A stretch of DNA of 64,000 nucleotides from Thermomicrobiales bacterium (GTDB lineage Bacteria; Chloroflexota; Chloroflexia; Thermomicrobiales; UBA6265), in assembly GCA_965218235.1 (NCBI GenBank), contig OZ244595.1:1259009-1323008 (forward strand), in the 5' to 3' direction. Position 1 is the first letter of the stretch; each line of letters begins with the position of its first letter. A program made the translations under genes and the position numbers. The notes beneath the pieces were generated by a model. That model saw only the letters and a program-made list of their open reading frames with translations, was not told the DNA's origin and ran no database searches. Shown here in pieces: positions 1 to 10,670 of the stretch.

Positions 1-12
1 GGAGAGAACTCC

Positions 13-53
13 CGCGATGGTGGTGTCGTAGATCAGCCGACACCACCATCGCG
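13..53 (+). terminator. Terminator-like perfect 16-bp GC-rich hairpin upstream of tmk
   Basis: CGCGATGGTGGTGTCG, a 9-nt loop, then CGACACCACCATCGCG. It probably ends the off-window upstream transcript. There is no clean U-tract. Confidence 0.4.
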
Positions 54-97
54 GTGCGCAAGGTCCTTTGGAATGGAACGGAGTGGTGTCGATCGGT

Positions 98-784
98 ATG
101 CAGGGACTGTTCGTGTGCTTCGAGGGCCCGGAAGGGGCCGGCAAGACGACTCAGGCCCGCTGGTTGGCCGACGACCTCCGGGCCGCTGGCCATGAGGTCG
201 TCCTGACTCGCGAGCCGGGCGGGACGCCGCTGGCGGAGGCGATCCGGGGGCTCGTTCTCAGTCAGACGATCGGTGGGAGCGCGATGTCCCCAGCGACCGA
301 GGCGCTGCTGTTCACCGCGGCCCGGTCAGACCACGTCGAACGGTTGATCCGGCCGGCGCTGGCCCAGGGCAAGGTCGTCATTTGCGACCGGTTCACGGGC
401 TCGACGCTGGCCTATCAGGGCGGTGGCCGTGGGCTGGATGGCGAGGCGCTGACCGCCGCCCAGCTGCTCGCGACCGGGGGTCTGACGCCCGACCTGACGC
501 TGCTCCTCGATCTCCCCGTTGGGGACGGGCTGGCCCGCCGCTTCGCCGATCGGGACGGCGATGCGCCGAACCGGCTCGATGCCGAATCGGAAGCCTTTCA
601 TGAGCGCGTCCGGGCGACCTACCTCCGGTTGGCCGGCGCCAACCCGGCGACCTGGGTCGTCGTGCTGGCCGACAAGCCCCCGGTTGCGGTCGCGTCCGCG
701 ATCGGCGACACTGTACGTTCAGTGCTCCGGGAACGACGCACCACGTTGCCCCGCACGCTGTCCGAGGCGGTCGACGCAGGATGA
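98..784 (+). CDS. tmk: Thymidylate (dTMP) kinase
   Basis: ORF 68..784. N-terminus MQGLFVCFEGPEGAGKTT (P-loop), LTREPGGT and DRF motifs. The ATG at 98 matches the usual family N-terminus; the TTG at 68 is the alternative. Confidence 0.9.
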   Translation: MQGLFVCFEGPEGAGKTTQARWLADDLRAAGHEVVLTREPGGTPLAEAIRGLVLSQTIGGSAMSPATEALLFTAARSDHVERLIRPALAQGKVVICDRFTGSTLAYQGGGRGLDGEALTAAQLLATGGLTPDLTLLLDLPVGDGLARRFADRDGDAPNRLDAESEAFHERVRATYLRLAGANPATWVVVLADKPPVAVASAIGDTVRSVLRERRTTLPRTLSEAVDAG

Positions 785-816
785 CCATGACGACGGCTCG
801 CCGGCCTGGCGACGCG

Positions 817-1149
817 ATGAAACTGATCGTCGCGGTGATCCAGGGACACGACAGCAGTGTGACGCTTGGGGCGTTGGTGGAGCGGGGTTTTCACGCGACA
901 CTGATCGACAGCCAGAGCGGGTTTCTGCGTGAGCGAAACGCAACGCTGCTCGTGGGCGTTCAGGAGGCATACCTGGCCGATGCCCTGCGCATCATCCAGG
1001 GAGCCTGTCAGGCCGAGAACCGGCTGGCCAACCCCGTCATGCCGCTGGCCGAGCCGGTCGACACCTACGTCAACGCGCCGATCGCCGTGGCAATCGGCGG
1101 AGCAACTCTGCTGATCTTCGATGTCGCGCGGTACGAACGAATCGCCTGA
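817..1149 (+). CDS. darA: PII-like cyclic-di-AMP receptor (DarA/PstA, DUF970 family)
   Basis: MKLIVAVIQGHD...GGFL...ATLLVGV...GGATLLIF is about 110 aa and sits directly after tmk, as with tmk-yaaQ in Firmicutes. An alternative start at 781 forms an ATGA overlap with the tmk stop. Confidence 0.7.
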   Translation: MKLIVAVIQGHDSSVTLGALVERGFHATLIDSQSGFLRERNATLLVGVQEAYLADALRIIQGACQAENRLANPVMPLAEPVDTYVNAPIAVAIGGATLLIFDVARYERIA

Positions 1150-1235
1150 GATCAGCCCGGCACGTCGGGTTCGACACGGTTGTCTCGGCGCGGCGACAGG
1201 CTGCCGCCGATCACGGGAAACGGAAAGGGGCTGGC

Positions 1236-2027
1236 ATGGCGATCGAGGAAGTGCTCGCGCGAGGTGCCCAGATCTTCGTGGCACTGATCGGGGCCTACCT
1301 GGCCGTGCTGTGGTTCGTCAGTATCGTCTGGGCCTTCCGGGACATCGAGTCGCGGAGCCGCAGTGTCGTCACCCAGATCTTCTCGACGCTCCTGGTCGTC
1401 CTGTTTCCATTCCTTGGGGTCCCGCTCTACCTCGTGCTTCGGCCGAAGGACACGCTCGACTCCGCCTTCCAGAAGTCGCTGGAAGAGGAGTATCTCCTCC
1501 AGGATCTGGAAGAGCTCCCTCTCTGCCCGAGTTGCCAGCACTACGTGTCAGAGGACTTCGTCCTCTGCCCGCACTGCCACACCCAGCTCCGGGACAACTG
1601 TGCCAGGTGCGACCGCCTGGTCGACCTGCGCTGGACGCTCTGCCCCTACTGCTCCGCGCCGCAATCCGGCCATGAGCACCCTGAGCGGATCGAGGCGCCC
1701 GCCGCTCGGTGGTCCCGCCCCTCCGTCCCGGCGAAGGTTCCCGTCCCGGTCGCCGTTCCTGAGCGAACCGCTCCGGCCGAGCCACAGGTGGCCGCCGCGA
1801 CGACGGTCGGCGAGATGGTCAGTCAGCGGGGCGCCGGTCGCGCCGATTCGTCCAGCCGCCTGACAGTGGTCGGTGGACGTGCCCATCGCCCCGGTGAGGA
1901 GGCCGACGGCCAGCCGCGCCGTGGCCGCTTCCTCCGCCCCGCCGTGACTGACGGTGCTTCCGCGACGACGGAGATCGACAACCGGGGCGAGCGCGAGCAG
2001 GTTCCGATGCGGGCCGACGGCGACTGA
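1236..2027 (+). CDS. Membrane protein with PLD-nuclease-N-like TM region and a double zinc ribbon, Pro/Arg-rich tail
   Basis: Two TM helices with FRDIESR...VLRPKD, then CPSCQ..CPHC and CARCD..CPYC. RBS AAAGGGG lies upstream of the ATG. Confidence 0.7.
   Translation: MAIEEVLARGAQIFVALIGAYLAVLWFVSIVWAFRDIESRSRSVVTQIFSTLLVVLFPFLGVPLYLVLRPKDTLDSAFQKSLEEEYLLQDLEELPLCPSCQHYVSEDFVLCPHCHTQLRDNCARCDRLVDLRWTLCPYCSAPQSGHEHPERIEAPAARWSRPSVPAKVPVPVAVPERTAPAEPQVAAATTVGEMVSQRGAGRADSSSRLTVVGGRAHRPGEEADGQPRRGRFLRPAVTDGASATTEIDNRGEREQVPMRADGD
1978..2023. repeat. 46-nt repeat, copy A (partial member of the intergenic element family)
   Basis: ACAACCGGGGCGAGCGCGAGCAGGTTCCGATGCGGGCCGACGGCGA is 40/46 identical to 5952..5997. 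It overlaps the last 16 codons of the zinc-ribbon ORF. Confidence 0.5.
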
Positions 2028-2056
2028 CGGCGGATCACGAATGGACCGAATTCCAG

Positions 2057-2094
2057 CCGGCGGCCCGTCCTCATAGACGAGGATGGGCCGCCGG
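2057..2094 (+). terminator. 16-bp hairpin downstream of the zinc-ribbon gene
   Basis: CCGGCGGCCCGTCCTC, loop ATAGAC, then GAGGATGGGCCGCCGG (one G-U pair). It begins 30 nt after the stop codon. Confidence 0.5.
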
Positions 2095-2115
2095 CGTTGG
2101 CCAAGGCAAGCAGCA

Positions 2116-2144
2116 TTGACATAGACGGCAGCCGTAGCTAAGAT
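2116..2144 (+). promoter_or_regulatory. Sigma70-like promoter of the CUT2 sugar ABC operon
   Basis: TTGACA (2116-2121), a 17-nt spacer, then TAAGAT (2139-2144), about 65 nt upstream of the ATPase start. Confidence 0.45.
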
Positions 2145-2154
2145 CGGGAAACCT

Positions 2155-2168
2155 TGTAATCGATTTCC
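2155..2168 (+). promoter_or_regulatory. cre/LacI-family-like operator half-palindrome in the 5' UTR
   Basis: TGTAATCGATTTCC fits TGWAANCGNTNWCA except at the last base. It is embedded in a GGGAAA...TTTCCC hairpin just downstream of the predicted -10. Confidence 0.25.
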
Positions 2169-2209
2169 CGGCGCCGGTTGTGCCGTTCCCGTTTGGATTG
2201 GGTGCCCGC

Positions 2210-3730
<1,521 letters not shown>

Positions 3731-3756
3731 CGCCGGCGCCGAATCAAAAAGGAACG

Positions 3757-4785
3757 GTGATGTCCGAAGCCGCAACGACTGCTCCCGAGCGTCGCGATCC
3801 CGCCCGAGCGGTCTGGAACGTCGTGCTTCGTTTTCAGAGCTACTTCGTCCTGCTCCTCATCGTCGTGCTGGCGGCATTGCTCTCGCCCGAGCGAGCCGGT
3901 GAGAACGTTTTCCTCGACAGCCGCAATCTGCTCAATATCGTCCGCTTCGCGTCGGAGAACGGCATCATCGCTATCGGCATGACGCTCGTCATCATTACCG
4001 GCGGTATCGACCTCTCGGTTGGCGCCGTGCTGGCGCTCTGCGCGGTCGGCGCGGCGAGCAGCATGATGCGCTACGACTTTGGACTGCCCCTGACGCTGCT
4101 CATGGTGCTTGGTCTCGGCACCCTGGTTGGACTGATCAACGGTCTCATCACGACCAGGTTGCGACTGCAGTCGTTCATCACCACCCTGGCCATTATGAGC
4201 GTTGCCCGTGGCGCGGCCTCCCTCTGGGCCGACGGCTATGCCATTCCCATCTCCTATGGAAACGGAGAGGACCTCGCGCCGCCCATCTACCGCACGATCT
4301 TCGCGGGAAGTGTCGACATCGGTGCGTTTCAGATCCCGGTCCAGGTCTTCTACTTCCTCGGCGTTGCCCTGATTGCGTCGCTGGTCCTCTCGCGAACGCG
4401 TTTTGGCCGCCATATCTACGCGGTTGGGGGCAACGACACGGCGGCCCGGCTCTCCGGCATCAACGTTGATCGAGTCCGCATCGCCGTCTTCGCAATCACG
4501 GGCTTTCTGGTCGGGGTCGCCGCGCTGTTGCACTCCGCTCTCGTCAGTCAAGGCAGCCACATCGACGGCAATGGCTACGAACTCAACGCCATTGCCGCGG
4601 TCGTCATCGGCGGCACGAGCCTGATGGGTGGCGTGGGCACGATCGGCGGAACGGTGATCGGCGCCCTGATCCTTCAGGTCCTCGACAACATCCTCGGTCT
4701 TCGCAACGTCCAGTCTGAGTACCAGGCCATCCTGAAGGGCGCCATCATCGTCATCGCGGTCGTACTGCAGCGCCAACGGAGGTAG
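3757..4785 (+). CDS. Sugar ABC transporter permease (RbsC-like, CUT2)
   Basis: Multi-TM protein with TGGIDLSVG and GGTSLMGGVGTIGGT motifs. GTG at 3757 or ATG at 3760, after an AAGGAA RBS. Confidence 0.9.
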   Translation: MMSEAATTAPERRDPARAVWNVVLRFQSYFVLLLIVVLAALLSPERAGENVFLDSRNLLNIVRFASENGIIAIGMTLVIITGGIDLSVGAVLALCAVGAASSMMRYDFGLPLTLLMVLGLGTLVGLINGLITTRLRLQSFITTLAIMSVARGAASLWADGYAIPISYGNGEDLAPPIYRTIFAGSVDIGAFQIPVQVFYFLGVALIASLVLSRTRFGRHIYAVGGNDTAARLSGINVDRVRIAVFAITGFLVGVAALLHSALVSQGSHIDGNGYELNAIAAVVIGGTSLMGGVGTIGGTVIGALILQVLDNILGLRNVQSEYQAILKGAIIVIAVVLQRQRR

Positions 4786-4888
4786 CCATGTCACGCATCA
4801 TGCGGCCGCCGTAGGCCGCCAAGTCGGACGGACAACGTCACTCGATCGCTGATGATCATGTACCGATGCCGGACAGGAGATTCCAGAG

Positions 4889-5920
4889 ATGAAACGATCA
4901 CTGCGCCTTGCCATGTCGCTCCTGGTGACCATCCTCTCGTTTGGGTTGAGTCCCGCACTGCTCTCGGCCCAGTCGACGCCGGTCGGCAGCCCCGTTGCCA
5001 CGTCCGACACCTGCCTGACTAACCCGATCCCGCCCAAGGACCGCTACGTCATCGGCATGTCCCAAGCGAACAAGGGCGAGCCCTGGCGGCAGGCGATGAA
5101 CGACCAGATCACGGCCGCCGCCCAACAGTACGGTAATCTCGACGTTGTCTTCGCCGACGCCGCCCAGGACAACGCGAAGCAGGTCGCCGATGTCGAGGGT
5201 TTTCTGCAGCAGGGCGTCGACCTGCTGATCATCTCGCCCAACGAGGCGGCGCCGTTGACGGATGTGGTCGCCAAGGCATGCGCCCAGGGTGTGCCGGTCG
5301 TCGTGCTGGATCGCAGGGTCAACGGCGATCAGTACACCATGTGGATCGGCGGTGACAACACCAAAATCGGAGAGCAAGCGGGAGCCTACACGGCCACGTG
5401 GTGCCAGGACAACGGTTACGATCCCTGTCTAATCGGAGAGATTCGCGGTCTCGAAGGCTCCACCCCGGCCCAGGAACGCGGCGATGGGTTCCGCGCCGGT
5501 CTCGCCTCCGATCCCAGCGCGACGATCGCCGCCAGCCAGAACGCCGACTGGCTGCGGGAGCGGGCCGTGCCGGTCTCCCAGTCGATGCTCCAGGCCAACC
5601 CGGACCTGAACGTCATCTTTGCCCACAACGATCCAATGGCCGAAGCCGCCCTGATCTCTGCAGGTAACCTGGGCGTGAGTCCTGACGACCTGCTGGTCGT
5701 CGGCATCGATGGCCTGGCGACGCCGGACGGTGGTCTGCGGTCGGTGATGGACGGCCGGATCGACGTGACCTACGTCTATCCAACTGGTGGCCAGCAAGCC
5801 GTTGATTGGGCATCGAGGATCCTGAGCGGCGAGCACCCGCCACGTGAGGTCGTGCTCGATACGATCCAGGTGACCAGGGACAATGCCGAGCAGGTCTACC
5901 AGCAGTTCGGCGGCCAGTAA
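4889..5920 (+). CDS. Sugar ABC transporter periplasmic binding protein (RbsB-like)
   Basis: Signal peptide MKRSLRLAMSLLVTILSFGLSPALLSAQS and a Peripla_BP-type body (VVVLDR, VIFAHNDPMA). Confidence 0.9.
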   Translation: MKRSLRLAMSLLVTILSFGLSPALLSAQSTPVGSPVATSDTCLTNPIPPKDRYVIGMSQANKGEPWRQAMNDQITAAAQQYGNLDVVFADAAQDNAKQVADVEGFLQQGVDLLIISPNEAAPLTDVVAKACAQGVPVVVLDRRVNGDQYTMWIGGDNTKIGEQAGAYTATWCQDNGYDPCLIGEIRGLEGSTPAQERGDGFRAGLASDPSATIAASQNADWLRERAVPVSQSMLQANPDLNVIFAHNDPMAEAALISAGNLGVSPDDLLVVGIDGLATPDGGLRSVMDGRIDVTYVYPTGGQQAVDWASRILSGEHPPREVVLDTIQVTRDNAEQVYQQFGGQ

Positions 5921-5951
5921 GGAAAGTCGTCCTGATTTCTCTCAGGCACGC

Positions 5952-5997
5952 ACAATCGTGGCGAGCGCGATCAGGTTCCGATGAGCTCCGACGGCGA
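5952..5997. repeat. 46-nt repeat, copy B (partial member of the intergenic element family)
   Basis: ACAATCGTGGCGAGCGCGATCAGGTTCCGATGAGCTCCGACGGCGA, followed by CGAATGGTTCA, which also occurs in copy Y. Confidence 0.5.
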
Positions 5998-6029
5998 ATG
6001 GTTCACCCGCTTCGAGCGATCAGCCGCGA

Positions 6030-6059
6030 GGACCCGCTTCCCGACAGGGAGGCGGGTCC
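6030..6059 (+). terminator. 13-bp hairpin terminating the CUT2 operon
   Basis: GGACCCGCTTCCC, loop GACA, then GGGAGGCGGGTCC, followed by GTTGCGTTG. Confidence 0.5.
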
Positions 6060-6231
6060 GTTGCGTTGCGGCCCGCTACCATTGTCGGAGTCCCGGCGCA
6101 TCCAGGGAAAGGCCTGTCGTCGGTAACGGCTTGGTGGGTATCATTGGTCGACCGTGAGGACTGGGAGTAAGGCTGATGACCGGCATCGAAGCGGATCCAT
6201 CACGGCATTCGATCGCGACAGACAGGCAACA

Positions 6232-9200
6232 ATGAGATTCGACGTGCCAGTGGACGGCGAAGGGCACCGCCGCCTCTCCCCAACCGACGTCTCGGCCTAC
6301 ATTCAGCAGGGGAACTGCCAGCGCTACCTGCGTCTCGCACTGATGTCGCGAGGCCACGGGGCCGATCCTATGCGCGCCTATGGTGTCGCGGAGCAGGCCC
6401 TGACCCCGCTGCTGACCAACAGCGGGCGGACCTTCGAGGAGATGGTCGAGCGGGCGATCGGGGCCCTGCTCCCTACCCGGCGGCTCGGCCAGGACGGCAC
6501 GACCAACCGGGAGGCCGACAACGAGATGCTCATCCGGAGCGCGCGACGCCTCGCGACCGGGAGCACTATCGTGCTGTTCCAGGTGCGGCTCCGGACGCTG
6601 CTCGGCGCCTGGGACCTGCGCGGCGACGCCGACCTGATCCTGCTCCGCCGCGACGATGCTGGTCACCTATCCGTGCTCGTTGCCGACATCAAGAGCTCGA
6701 CGCGCCCGCACCTCGAGCATCAGCTCCAGGTCGCGTTCTACGCCCGGATGATCGCGTCGATCCTGCGAGAGGACGAGGTCGCGGTGGCGTCGCTCCGGCT
6801 CGGCGTCCTCTACCGGGCGGCGGAGGTCGATCGCCTCACGCTCGATGCGGAGCTGGCCGAGCAGGTCGCCGCGGACCGTGACGCCGCGCGCCGAGCGTTC
6901 GGAACGGAGTTCGCCTGCCTCTCGCTGGTCGACGATGTCGCCGCGCTCCAGGACACCGTCGACGACCTCGTCGTGGGGGCCGACTCGCAGGCCGAGCAGA
7001 CTGTCGCCGCGCCCTTCACCGAGGTCCCGTATCACCTCGCCGATGTCTGCGATGGCTGCCGGTTCAACGAGTTCTGCATGAAATGGTCGGCCGAGCACGA
7101 CGACCTGACGCTGATCCCGTTCATCTCCGGAGTCGAGAGGTCGCAGTTGATCCGGGCCGGGATCCGGACGACCCGGCAGCTGGCCGAACTGAAGCGGGTC
7201 GAGAAGCGGGTCAAGGGGGAGGCTGGTCCGGCATTGCGGCTCGTCACGGCACCGCGAACTCTCCCGATCGTGCGCGGACTTGGCTCGCGGTCGGGTCTGG
7301 GTGGGCGGCTCGACGAGCTCGTCATCCGCGCCCAGGCGTACCGGAAGGGGCAGGGTGACGACTTCCCGACCGTCTGGGACATTCCCGGTGGGGGCCGCGG
7401 CACGCTCCCGGCCGTCGCGTCGGACCGTCACCCCAACCTCGTCTGGGTCTACATCGACGCCCAGAAGGACTACCTCAACGATCGCCTCTACCTGCTCGCC
7501 GCCCGGGTCATTGCGTGCGATGGGGGCGAGCCCGTCCGGGAGGAATCGATCGTCGAGATGACCGACGGCCCTCCGGACGACCCGTTGACCGAGCGGGCGA
7601 TCGTCGGGCGCTGGGCCCAGCGGGTCGTCGGCGCGATCGGCCGGCTGGCGGCGCCGGAACCGCTGACCGGCGCGCGGCGGGCCCCAATCCATCTCGTCTT
7701 CCACAGCGGCCAGGAGCTGGGTGATCTACTCGACGGCCTGTCGCGTCACCTCCAGGAGGTCTTCGGGGCGACCGCGCTCTACGACTTCGTCACCCAGCCC
7801 GCCGCCTACGACTCGCCGCTCGTGACCGAGCTCGCCGACGAGATCCGGGAGCGGCGCAATCTGCCGCTGATCGCGCAGTCGCTCGTCCGCACCTCCAGCT
7901 TCCAGGGGTTCGACTGGGACAGCCCCCGGCCGTTCCGGCAGCTGTTTCGGGCGCGGACGTTCGACTTCGTCCGGAAGCTCGGCGGCGAGGGCGACGACGA
8001 GGGACAGTGGTACACGAGCCGGGCCCGGTTCCGATCAGGGATTCCACTTGAGTACGCCTACGGACTCTGGGGCAAGCTGGAGCTTCGACCGGGCGGGTCG
8101 GACGCCACCATCGAACCGTTCCTGGCGCCGAGCCGGGCCGAGTTCCTCGCCTACGTCGACCGGCGGCTCGACGCCCTCGTCTTCCTCGCCGGCAAACTCG
8201 ATCCCAACCGGGACGCCGGCAAGACGCCGTTCGATCTGCCGGAGCTTGGGGTGTTCGAGGCCCGGGCCCACGACCTCGGAGCGGCGCTGCTGGAGTTCCT
8301 CCAGATCGAGCGGCACGCCGAGATGGCCCATTGGCGCCGGGTTCGGCAGCTCGAGCCCGAGCGCCGGATGGCGATGGGGGAGGCCTGGGTCGCTTCGTTC
8401 CATGACGAGGACCAGGAGCCTGAGACCCGAGCCGCCCTCGCGACCGCGCGGGAGCGATTCGACGCCCGTGAGGCGATGACCCAGTCTGGCCGCGATCTGA
8501 CTCCGGACGAGCGGAGAGGGCTGGTCTGGTCGCTGGCCGAGCGGCCCCTGCGGTTCCGGCTCGAGCCCGGAGCCGACGCCGGAGACGTCAAGGAGTTCCT
8601 GGCGACATCGGACATGAAGACTGGCGAATGGGCCGTGCTGAAGGAGCGGTTCGCTGTCGACTCGCGGCTGCCAGTCGGGCAACGGACCCCGTTCACGCCG
8701 ACCGCCAAGCAACTGCTCTACGCGCCACGGGTCGAGATCGGCGCCGTGGACCCGGATAACGGTGACAGCGGCCAGCCGGACGTCCGGTTCGAGCTCTTCA
8801 TGCAGGACTCACGGGGCGGCGGCGGCAAGGGCAATGGCTACACCTTCGGTGATCGCCCCGAGCCGCCGCGGGACGGGACGACCTACACGCTCGACCCCAA
8901 CCCGGACGATTTCAACGGGGCCGGCCTCCAGACCACGATCCAGCAGATCGTCGACGGGCGCCAGAACACGCTCTACGACCGGCTCGTGGCGCCGACGCCG
9001 GGGTCGGCCGAGTGGTCGTCCGAAGCCGCGGCGGGCCAGGAGCGCTTCATGGCCGGACTGGTCGCCCTCGACGCGGCCGGTCTGCTGCACGGATTCGAGC
9101 CCGGCAAGCACGACTTCATCGCCCGCCGCAGCGCCGAACCGTTCCTTCTCGTCCAGGGGCCTCCTGGTACTGGAAAGAGCTACACGACCGCCTTCGCGAT

Positions 9201-10599
9201 CCTCGCCCGGATGCAGGGGGCGCTGGCGGCCGGGCGGCCGTTCCGGGTCGCCGCCGGCTGCAAGACGCACGCGGCGACGGACGTCCTCCTGGACGGGATC
9301 GTGGCGGCGCGGACCCGGCTTCGGACGTTGGCGGCCAGCCATCCGGAACTCTTCGGTCGGTACTTCGATGAGCGATTGCTGAGCGTGCCGATCCTGCGGA
9401 GCGAACCGCGCGGCGCCCTGCCGGACGGGGTGCGGGCGATCTGGCGCAAGGACAGGAAGGCCGATGCCGGACCGGACGACCGCGTCGGCCTCCGGGCGCT
9501 GATGGCGGACGAGTACGTCATCCTCTGCGCGGTCCCAGGGGCGATCCGGGTGCTGGACCAGCCCCACGCGAAGGCAAAGGGCCAGCTCCGTCCGATCCAC
9601 TGCCTCGTGCTGGACGAGGCGTCGCAGATGAACCTGCCCGAGGCACTGATGGCGGCTCGGCTGCTCGACCCGGCCGGACAGGTCATCGTCGTCGGCGACC
9701 ACCGCCAGATGGCGCCGATCATCAAGCACGAGTGGGAGGGTGAGCGCCGGCGAACCTTTCAGGAGTACACCGTCTACCGATCGCTGTTCGACACGCTCCG
9801 TCTCCGGCGACCCGAGCCGGCGGTGATCCGGTTCGAGGAGAGCTTCCGCCTGCACTCCAGCATGGCGGAGTTCCTCCGCCAGGAGATCTACCGTCACGAT
9901 GGGATTGCCTATCACTCCCGGCGATCGGGTCTGCTCGATGCTTCGGGGGCGACCGACCGGTTCGTCTCGGCTGTGCTGGACCCGGCCTACCCGATGGTGA
10001 TCGTGCTGCACGGCGAGGCCGAGAGCCAGACGCGGAACGAGTTCGAGGTCCGGCTGATGGAGCCGGTGCTCCGGGCGATGGTCGATGGACTCGGACTGGA
10101 ACCGGAGCGTGGGCTGGGTGTCGTCGTGCCGCACCGGGCCCAGCGGGCGGCCTTCCTCCGGGCGATCCCCGAGCTGGAGCGGGAGTCTCCTGATGGCCAG
10201 CTCCGGTCCTCGGTCGAGACCGTCGAGAAGTTCCAGGGTGGGGAGCGGGAGGCGATCGTCTTCGCCGCCACGGAGAGCGATCCAGGTTACCTCGCGACCC
10301 GGGCCGGATTCATGTTCGACCCGCGCCGGCTCACGGTCGCCATGAGCAGGGCGAAGCGGAAGATGATCCTGGTTGCCGGCCAGACCGTCTTCAGTCACTT
10401 CAGCGCCGACGAGGAGACGTTCGCCAACGTCCTGCTCTGGAAGAACCTGCTCCGCCGGACCTGCACCGTCCCGCTCTGGCACGGCACCGTCGAGGGCCAC
10501 TCAGTCAGCGTCTGGGGGAATGAGACAATGCCACGGATCCAGCGGTCCGCCGCGATGATCGGTCCCGACGATCTCGAACCGATGGAGGAGAGCCGGTGA
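6232..10599 (+). CDS. Fe-S PD-(D/E)XK (RecB/Cas4-type) nuclease + RNase-H-like module + SF1B Upf1/Dna2-like helicase fusion protein
   Basis: N-terminus: Cys in GNCQRY plus CDGCRFNEFC (C..CxxCx5C), D..ADIKSS and QLQVAFY nuclease motifs. C-terminus: GPPGTGKS, VLDEASQM, VVGDHRQMAPI, EKFQGGEREAIVF, TVAMSRAKRKMILV. The ORF opens at GTG 6154; ATG 6232 is preferred. Confidence 0.85.
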   Translation: MRFDVPVDGEGHRRLSPTDVSAYIQQGNCQRYLRLALMSRGHGADPMRAYGVAEQALTPLLTNSGRTFEEMVERAIGALLPTRRLGQDGTTNREADNEMLIRSARRLATGSTIVLFQVRLRTLLGAWDLRGDADLILLRRDDAGHLSVLVADIKSSTRPHLEHQLQVAFYARMIASILREDEVAVASLRLGVLYRAAEVDRLTLDAELAEQVAADRDAARRAFGTEFACLSLVDDVAALQDTVDDLVVGADSQAEQTVAAPFTEVPYHLADVCDGCRFNEFCMKWSAEHDDLTLIPFISGVERSQLIRAGIRTTRQLAELKRVEKRVKGEAGPALRLVTAPRTLPIVRGLGSRSGLGGRLDELVIRAQAYRKGQGDDFPTVWDIPGGGRGTLPAVASDRHPNLVWVYIDAQKDYLNDRLYLLAARVIACDGGEPVREESIVEMTDGPPDDPLTERAIVGRWAQRVVGAIGRLAAPEPLTGARRAPIHLVFHSGQELGDLLDGLSRHLQEVFGATALYDFVTQPAAYDSPLVTELADEIRERRNLPLIAQSLVRTSSFQGFDWDSPRPFRQLFRARTFDFVRKLGGEGDDEGQWYTSRARFRSGIPLEYAYGLWGKLELRPGGSDATIEPFLAPSRAEFLAYVDRRLDALVFLAGKLDPNRDAGKTPFDLPELGVFEARAHDLGAALLEFLQIERHAEMAHWRRVRQLEPERRMAMGEAWVASFHDEDQEPETRAALATARERFDAREAMTQSGRDLTPDERRGLVWSLAERPLRFRLEPGADAGDVKEFLATSDMKTGEWAVLKERFAVDSRLPVGQRTPFTPTAKQLLYAPRVEIGAVDPDNGDSGQPDVRFELFMQDSRGGGGKGNGYTFGDRPEPPRDGTTYTLDPNPDDFNGAGLQTTIQQIVDGRQNTLYDRLVAPTPGSAEWSSEAAAGQERFMAGLVALDAAGLLHGFEPGKHDFIARRSAEPFLLVQGPPGTGKSYTTAFAILARMQGALAAGRPFRVAAGCKTHAATDVLLDGIVAARTRLRTLAASHPELFGRYFDERLLSVPILRSEPRGALPDGVRAIWRKDRKADAGPDDRVGLRALMADEYVILCAVPGAIRVLDQPHAKAKGQLRPIHCLVLDEASQMNLPEALMAARLLDPAGQVIVVGDHRQMAPIIKHEWEGERRRTFQEYTVYRSLFDTLRLRRPEPAVIRFEESFRLHSSMAEFLRQEIYRHDGIAYHSRRSGLLDASGATDRFVSAVLDPAYPMVIVLHGEAESQTRNEFEVRLMEPVLRAMVDGLGLEPERGLGVVVPHRAQRAAFLRAIPELERESPDGQLRSSVETVEKFQGGEREAIVFAATESDPGYLATRAGFMFDPRRLTVAMSRAKRKMILVAGQTVFSHFSADEETFANVLLWKNLLRRTCTVPLWHGTVEGHSVSVWGNETMPRIQRSAAMIGPDDLEPMEESR

Positions 10600-10670
10600 C
10601 CATTGAGCAGAACCACATCCCACTCGATACTGGCTCCCGGCCGCAGCCCGTCTTTGGGGGGGCGCCCCGG

